Shown here: one piece after another, positions 60,001 to 64,000 of the stretch
Numbering within the stretch: the stretch's first letter is position 1
How the letters are laid out: every line of letters begins with the position of its first letter
Assembly (NCBI GenBank): GCA_965235115.1
Contig: OZ249437.1
Span: forward strand, 22,072,001 to 22,136,000
Direction: 5' to 3'
Source: Laetmonice hystrix
Lineage: Eukaryota
Length of the DNA stretch: 64,000 nt
Notes under the pieces: generated by a model
Seen by the model: only the letters and a program-made list of their open reading frames with translations
Databases searched by the model: none
What the model was told of the DNA's origin: nothing
Translations under genes and position numbers: made by a program

Positions 60001-63000
60001 TGGCTGCTGTGGTTGTGAAAACTTCATTATACTGGCTGGGTGCTGACTGTCCCATGTCCAGGTCACCCATGTACACTGTGCCCTTTGTGGGTGAGACACC
60101 CGTCACTGAGTCTGAAACCTGTCGATCAGCAGGTAAGTCAATGTTTGGCGTACTGACCTTAATAGGTTGTCCCTGAGCTTCATCAGTACCTGAGAACATT
60201 AGGTCCACCTTTTCAGCCGGTGTAGGTAGCTGAGACACGGGCATGCACTCATCGACGCCTCCACCTTCAAGTTCACAGAACGCTTCCTCGATAGCCCGGA
60301 GCCGTGCGTCTGCTACCGCCGCTTCTTCCTCGAGATGTAACCGCTCGACCTCTAACCGGCGTACCGTGGCTTCCAGTTGAGCCTGAGCCAACCTACCTCC
60401 GCTGGCTGCTCTAGTTTTGGCTTCCGCAGCCTTAGCTCGAGCTTCCGCTATGACAGTTGATGACTGTGATGAGCTGGATGAGCCGGTATGCGACCGTGAA
60501 CAGCGAGATGCTGACATCGTTCCGGGCGATAATGGGTGTGGTTAGCTGTGCTACACGTGGTATTCACGTGGTTGGATTGTCGGCGCTCGACTCGGCGATG
60601 TTTGCTAGGTTTTTTACTGTACTGGAACCCCCAATCGGGAATCGGGGACATCCCAGGCAGTTACCACAAGAAGTTCTTTCAAAGTTTGAACATACCGTCG
60701 TTTGTATTTTCGTTTCTTTTACATTGCAACTCCTCGCATCGAGGTAAAAAACCATCAGCTTTCGCCGGTCGTGCGGATCACCCGTTCTCTCGCGAGATCT
60801 CCCTCCCGAGATCAGACTGTGGTGTCGCGGTATATTTAGACTTACTAAAACTAAACTAAGTCTCTCAGTTGGTTCCAGAACAGAAGGAGTACTTGGTGAG
60901 AGCCTGCTGTGGTCTGACTGACCCTCACTGAGTGTCTGGAGTTTGTAGGGAGGGAAGGAGTACTTGATGAGAGCCTGCTGTGGTCTGACTGACCCTCACT
61001 GAGTGTGTTTGGTGTTTGTAGGGAGGGAAGGAGTATGATGAGAGCCTGCCGTGGTCTGACTGACCCTCACTGAGTGTGTTTGGAGTTTGTAGGGAGGGAA
61101 GGAGTACTTGATGAGAGCTTGCTGTGGTCTGACTGACCCTCACTGAGTGTCTTTGGTGTTTGTGGGGAGGGAAGGAGTACTTGATGAGAGCTTTCTGTGG
61201 TCTGACTGACCCTCACTGAGTGTGTTTGGTGTTTGTAGGGAGGGAAGGAGTACTTGATGAGAGCTTGCTGTGGTCTGACTGACCCTCACTGACTGTCTTT
61301 GGTGTTTGTAGGGAGGGAAGGAGTACTTGAGGAGAGCCAGCTATGGTCTGACTGACCCTCACTGAGTGTGTTTGGTGTTTGTAGGGAGGGACGGAGTACT
61401 TGATGAGAGCTAGCTGTGGTCTGACTGACCCTCACTGAGTGTCTTTGGTGTTTGTAGGGAGGGAAGGAGTATGATGAGAGCCTGCTGTGGTCTGACTGAC
61501 CCTCACTGAGTGTGTTTGGAGTTTGTAGGGAGGGAAGGAGTACTTGATGAGAGCTTGCTGTGGTCTGACTGACCCTCACTGAGTGTGTTTGGTGTTTGTG
61601 GGGAGGGAAGGAGTACTTGATGAGAGCTTTCTGTGGTCTGACTGACCCTCACTGAGTGTGTTTGGTGTTTGTAGGGAGGGAAGGAGTACATGATGAGAGC
61701 TTGCTGTGGTATGACTGACCCTCACTGAGTGTGTTTGGTGTTTGTAGGGAGGGAAGGAGTACTTGATGAGAGCTTGCTGTGGTCTGACTGACCCTCACTG
61801 AGTGTGTTTGGTGTTTGTAGGGAGGGAAGGAGTACTTGAGGAGAGCCAGCTATGGTCTGACTGACCCTCACTGAGTGTGTTTGGTGTTTGTAGGGAGGGG
61901 AGGAGTACTTGATGGGAGCTTGCTATGGTCTGACTGACCCTCACTGAGTGTGTTTGGTGTTTGTAGGGAGGGAAGGAGTACTTGATGAGCGCTTGCTGTG
62001 GTCTGACTGACCCTCACTGAGTGTTTGGTGTTTGTAGGGAGGGAAGGAGTACTTGATGAGCGCTTGCTGTGGTCTGACTGACCCTCACTGAGTGTGTTTG
62101 GTGTTTGTAGGGAGGGAAGGAGTACTTGATAAGAGCCTGCTGTGGTCTGACTGACCCTCACTGAGTGTGTTTGGTGTTTGTAGGGAGGGAGGGAAGGACT
62201 ACTTGATGAGAGCTTGCTGTGGTCTGACTGACCCTCACTGAGTGTGTTTGGTGTTTGTAGGGAGGGAAGGAGTACTTGATGAGCGCTTGCTGTGGTCTGA
62301 CTGACCCTCACTGAGTGTGTTTGGTGTTTGTAGGGAGGGAAGGAGTACTTGATGAGAGCTTGCTGTGGTCTGACTGACCCTCACTGAGTGTGTTTGGTGT
62401 TTGTAGGGAGGGAAGGAGTACTTGATGAGAGCTGGCTGTGGTCTGACTGACCCTCACTGAGTGTGTTTGGTGTTTGTAGGGAGGGACGGAGTACTTGATG
62501 AGAGCTTGCTGTGGTCTGACTGACCCTCACTGAGTGTCTTTGGTGTTTGTAGGGAGGGAAGGAGTATGATGAGAGCTTGCTGTGGTCTGACTGACCCTCA
62601 CTGAGTGTCTTTGGTGTTTGTGGGGAGGGAAGGAGTACTTGATGAGAGCTTTCTGTGGTCTGACTGACCCTCACTGAGTGTGTTTGGTGTTTGTAGGGAG
62701 GGAAGGAGTACTTGATGAGAGCTTGCTGTGGTCTGACTGACCCTCACTGAGTGTGTTTGGTGTTTGTAGGGAGGGAAGGAGTACATGATGAGAGCTTGCT
62801 GTGGTATGACTGACCCTCACTGAGTGTGTTTGGTGTTTGTAGGGAGGGAAGGAGTACTTGATGAGAGCTTGCTGTGGTCTGATTGACCCTCACTGAGTGT
62901 GTTTGGTGTTTGTAGGGAGGGAAGGAGTACTTGAGGAGAGCCAGCTATGGTCTGACTGACCCTCACTGAGTGTGTTTGGTGTTTGTAGGGAGGGAAGGAG

Positions 63001-63963
63001 TACTTGATGGGAGCTTGCTATGGTCTGACTGACCCTCACTGAGTGTGTTTGGTGTTTGTAGGGAGGGAAGGAGTACTTGATGAGCGCTTGCTGTGGTCTG
63101 ACTGACCCTCACTGAGTGTTTGGTGTTTGTAGGGAGGGAAGGAGTACTTGATGAGCGCTTGCTGTGGTCTGACTGACCCTCACTGAGTGTGTTTGGTGTT
63201 TGTAGGGAGGGAAGGAGTACTTGATGAGAGCCTGCTGTGGTCTGACTGACCCTCACTGAGTGTGTCTGGTGTTTGTAGGGAGGGAAGGAGTACTTGATGA
63301 GAGCTTGCTGTGGTCTGACTGACCCTCGCTGAATGTGTTTGGTGTTTGTAGGGAGGGGAGGAGTACTTGATGAGAGCCTGCTGTGGTCTGACTGACCCTC
63401 ACTGAGTGTCTTTGGTGTTTGTAGGGAGGGAAGGAGTACTTGATGAGAGCTTGCTGTGGTCTGACTGACCCTCACTGAGTGTCTTTGGTGTTTGTAGGGA
63501 GGGAAGGAGTACTTGATGAGAGCCCACTTTGGTCTGCCGTCGGTGATAGGAGAGGAGACCGAGGGCAGGCCCCCGATTCACGTCCGTTTTGAGATCCCTT
63601 ACTTCACCGTGTCAGGAATCCAGGTTAGCCCCCTTTAAATGATAAATACCAGCAAAAATGTGTCTTCCACCTTATTTCCTTCATGAATTTAATTTGAACT
63701 TGTCTCAAAAAGAGATTATTTTAGTAGCAACATAAAGACAGTTAAACTTTGTTACCTACTAGTGTGTGAAGTTAAAGGAAACTCAGTCTTGTTTATGTTG
63801 GCTATACAATATCGATGTTAAATGTCAATGTTGCCTTTCATAATCTACTTTCCTTTCTTAACAGGTTCGTTATCTGAAAATTATTGAGAAGAGCGGTTAC
63901 CAGGCGTTGCCATGGGTACGATATATCACACAGAACGGCGACTACCAACTACGTACACAGTAA
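45051..63963 (+). CDS. AP1M1: AP-1 complex subunit mu-1, 422 aa, 11 coding exons
   Basis: Exons 45051-45092, 45288-45444, 46749-46816, 47029-47159, 47407-47551, 47784-47910, 51560-51702, 52845-52916, 53173-53331, 63498-63623, 63865-63963; sum 1269 nt. MSASAVYILDLKGK...SGMPELRLGLNDK...FHQCVRL...PPDGEFELMSYRL...YQALPWVRYITQNGDYQLRTQ* is recognisably mu1-adaptin. A non-coding exon probably ends at 43862. Confidence 0.95.
45445..46748 (+). other. U12-type (minor spliceosome) GT-AG intron, AP1M1 intron after coding exon 2
   Basis: 5' site GTATCCTTG; branch site TTCCTTGAT at 46727-46735 with the branch A 14 nt before the AG; no polypyrimidine tract. Confidence 0.85.
46227..46546. mobile_element. 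MITE with ~100-bp TIRs inside the U12 intron
   Basis: TAGCCTACATAAATCAATAAGTGTGTACCCACAG... pairs with ...CTGTGGGAATACATTTATCGATTTAAGTAGGCTA. Confidence 0.7.
47990..48540. repeat. 50-bp minisatellite in AP1M1 intron 6
   Basis: TTATTTTTGTTCTATCCTAGACACAGCCCTTGGCAGTCAGCCTGACTTTG x11. Confidence 0.95.
50110..50207. mobile_element. Small palindromic element remnant
   Basis: TTCTGATTGG-cag-CCAATCAGAA centre with TTGCTTAAGCT/AGCTTAAGCAA arms; a related remnant lies near 21150-21215. Confidence 0.5.
51748..52697. repeat. 18-bp GC-rich minisatellite in AP1M1 intron 7
   Basis: GAGGCAGTGTGGGGCC[AC]G, ~50 copies with higher-order blocks. Confidence 0.95.
53751..53967 (-). repeat. 3' LTR (217 bp, missing the last 48 bp of U5)
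   Basis: Matches 60666-60882 with one visible mismatch (gatcaaactg vs gatcagactg). Confidence 0.9.
54134..60517 (-). CDS. BEL/Pao gag-pol polyprotein (2127 aa, uninterrupted)
   Basis: Three Cys/His knuckles (CMLHNTKNHLLADC, CNRCTASTQHVTADC, CSDCHSTEHCSVLH), protease AVLDDQS, RT ADVEHMF/FGNRPSP/FYVDD, RNase H LHVFCDAS, integrase H-H-C-C plus GLDVFGP, SDCGTNF, GGAWE, and the C-terminal LQVGDLVLL block. Confidence 0.95.
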   Translation of the reverse strand: MSASRCSRSHTGSSSSSQSSTVIAEARAKAAEAKTRAASGGRLAQAQLEATVRRLEVERLHLEEEAAVADARLRAIEEAFCELEGGGVDECMPVSQLPTPAEKVDLMFSGTDEAQGQPIKVSTPNIDLPADRQVSDSVTGVSPTKGTVYMGDLDMGQSAPSQYNEVFTTTAAMNEHYHSPCHESPQKLSLATGMSTTQTSVVSSMPRQGNAMSPTMSPMTAPGIGHQPYPAADQFRTQPTAGHVSPRLSSSVYPPITQPSVVSSMPRQGNAMSPTMSPMTAPGIGHQPYPAADQFRTQPTAGHVSPRLSSSVYPPITQPSVVSSMPRQGNAMSPTMPPMTAPGIGHQPYPAADQFRTQPTTGQVSPRLSSSAYPHEMQRVEGEGSAAMVSSIKNLGEYLLWQDLVSSKIFKFEDKAEDFRIWRLSFCNMIKNVPLSSDEQLNLMAEHMAEGSEAQQMVKRLSRAYIANPDKGLSEAWGRLYQRFGSDEAVTQALIRKLEQLPTVASRDGPGLQRFSDIVEEVEAAKNDGSLGGLAALDTPQFIKPIVAKLPLPVVDNWRAEAFKYKELYRGSFPPFSELAAFLRRLSNIWNDLSLQITPITTKAPRFAPSNVYRPTRGTRPTYGTVRVNKTNVRPSASNDTSQRKPERYGSHSTQSLMDPRQACMLHNTKNHLLADCRAFKAKSIDTRMQLLTQWGICNRCTASTQHVTADCNERIQCSDCHSTEHCSVLHPCSQGKTQASGSRQVYGGEPVKIVNNCTKICAKSGFGNRSCSKICLVNVYSAKNPTKVLTMYAVLDDQSNRSLASSKLFSYFNCRNEPIPYELRTCAGSSAALGRRINDLVIESIDGTTQLPLPTITECNVIPSNRSEIPTADVAKIYSHMRPIATKIPPYRAEAEIMLLIGRDAPQLLKVRESRNGPANAPWAQRTDLGWVIVGDICLKGMHKPDKIDVYRTHIVDNGRPSLCSPCSNRILLRDDAVTDSHSLSGTLPDINSSCKTEDSIGRDVFIKTKNDDKPGLSNEDRQFMTIMRDVFVKDDRGYWVAPLPFKHTVSLENNRCMAMNRLKCLCKLFNKNPALKQRYVECMGKLLARDHAEAIKPGSNTGESRPRWYLPHFGVFHPRKPKDLRIVFDSSATWNGKSLNQALLTGPDMYNSLFGVLLRFRQEPVGIMADVEHMFYCFYVQEDHRDWLRFLWFKDNNPDKEVCEHRMKVHVFGNRPSPAIAAYGLRKTAELNESKFGADARQFVEHNFYVDDGLTSLPTAEKAIDLLTRTREMLATANLHLHKIASNSMEVMSHFPQSEHAPSLRSLDLSADTLPIQSSLGVYWDLHSDQIVFKAPDINKCYTRRGVLSLVNGIFDPLGLAAPVIIKGKILLRQMTTAGPDGKPLDWDEPLPDKFRERWERWCTSLVDLAEVYVPRAYCKHPMSLNSHRELHVFCDASTEAIAACGYLRLCDDKDRVTVQFVAGKAKLSPAQPITIPRMELCAAVLAVELADTVLDELDIQLTSVSYYTDSKVVLGYVQNESRRFYVYVANRVQRIRKTSTPPQWHYVSTDVNPADLATRSVKAHELMNSSWLQGPRFLHASQVNMCTSLPYVTPQDDPEVRTAATVTAQAEEHLGSKRFTRFSSWSSLVKAIAMLMHFIRLYKSSKTTPNQLHVSPRSEWLVETMEGAALLIIKTAQQDDFKSDIQHLQRYGKVSQGSTLYKLSPFLDKYGVMRVGGRLDLSDLEDKEKHPILLHKRQYIATLIVRNVHQNVRHQGRQITAGAVRTQGYWIVGGKRLISDILNKCVTCRKLRAVHTTQRMADLPPERTTPSPPFTHVGLDVFGPWTVSTRRTRSTGGHSKRWAVLFTCMATRAVHIELIEELTTSSFLNALRRFMAIRGQVKCCYSDCGTNFIGASRELNEALREMDKTTLETYLTQNSMQWKFNVPHASHMGGAWERLIGVSRRILDSILRETKVPLTHELLSTFMAEVSAIINCRPLVAVSSDPDSPEVLSPAAILTMKSSPIGPPPGDFTHAANACGRQWRRVQHLAQLFWSRWRKEYLPTLQPRKRWQAHQRNLQVGDLVLLKDTTHRNDWPYARVIETLPSSDKQVRKVRVQTARDGVKRVYARPVTELVLLLQNEDLH
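60618..60882 (-). repeat. 5' LTR (complete, 265 bp)
   Basis: TGT...ACA termini with an 11/12 terminal inverted repeat (TGTTCTGGAACC / GGTTCCAGTACA). Confidence 0.85.
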
Positions 63964-64000
63964 CTTGGACAATGAGACCTGCTGGCTTGTCGACCACCAA

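Larger units (their letters stand above)
53751..60882 (-). mobile_element. BEL/Pao LTR retrotransposon, near full length, antisense in AP1M1 intron 9
   Basis: Two LTRs, a polypurine tract AAAACCAGGCGAGGAG abutting the 3' LTR, and a single 2127-aa gag-pol ORF in BEL domain order (gag-PR-RT-RH-IN). Confidence 0.95.
53345..63525 (+). repeat. 73-bp array of the AP1M1 exon-10 acceptor (two blocks, 53345-53749 and 60883-63525, split by the retrotransposon)
   Basis: TTTGGTGTTTGTAG|GGAGGGAAGGAGTACTTGATGAGAGC, roughly 6 + 36 copies. Confidence 0.95.

Noticed and set aside
54471-60018. Short plus-strand ORFs within the retrotransposon
   Set aside because: Antisense shadows of the long gag-pol ORF with no independent motifs.
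8149-63581. Many other repetitive ORFs (for example 8213-8893, 10527-11084, 27273-28593, 31528-32136, 39562-40002, 60925-63581)
   Set aside because: All coincide with tandem arrays; the periodicity equals the DNA unit length.
5721-63963. Functional link between the ENPP YxxPhi tail motif and neighbouring AP1M1, which binds such motifs
   Set aside because: Proximity alone is not evidence in an animal genome; another gene lies between them and there are no shared regulatory data.

Overview
Animal genomic DNA, probably a marine invertebrate bilaterian (inferred from intron, MITE and minisatellite style). Four spliced genes were assembled by hand. (1) The first coding exon of a neurocalcin/hippocalcin-like neuronal calcium sensor (- strand, runs off the left edge). 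(2) A ~30 kb, 37-exon ENPP-family gene (+ strand) that appears to encode ONE type II membrane protein (~1550 aa) with two complete phosphodiesterase+nuclease-like modules in tandem. (3) An 11-exon MCCC2-like carboxyltransferase beta subunit gene (- strand). (4) An 11-coding-exon AP-1 mu subunit gene (AP1M1, + strand), head-to-head with the MCCC2-like gene and containing a U12-type intron. AP1M1 intron 9 holds a young, ORF-intact BEL/Pao LTR retrotransposon. It has no tRNA-type primer site, but the 10 nt next to its 5' LTR are exactly complementary to a 10-mer inside its own LTR, the geometry of Tf1-type self-priming. Introns are packed with minisatellites, and at least 13 arrays are amplified copies of real exon-intron junctions. 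Several MITE/foldback elements and one assembly gap are present. No rRNA, tRNA or CRISPR array is supported. Exon coordinates were read by eye and need RNA-seq confirmation.
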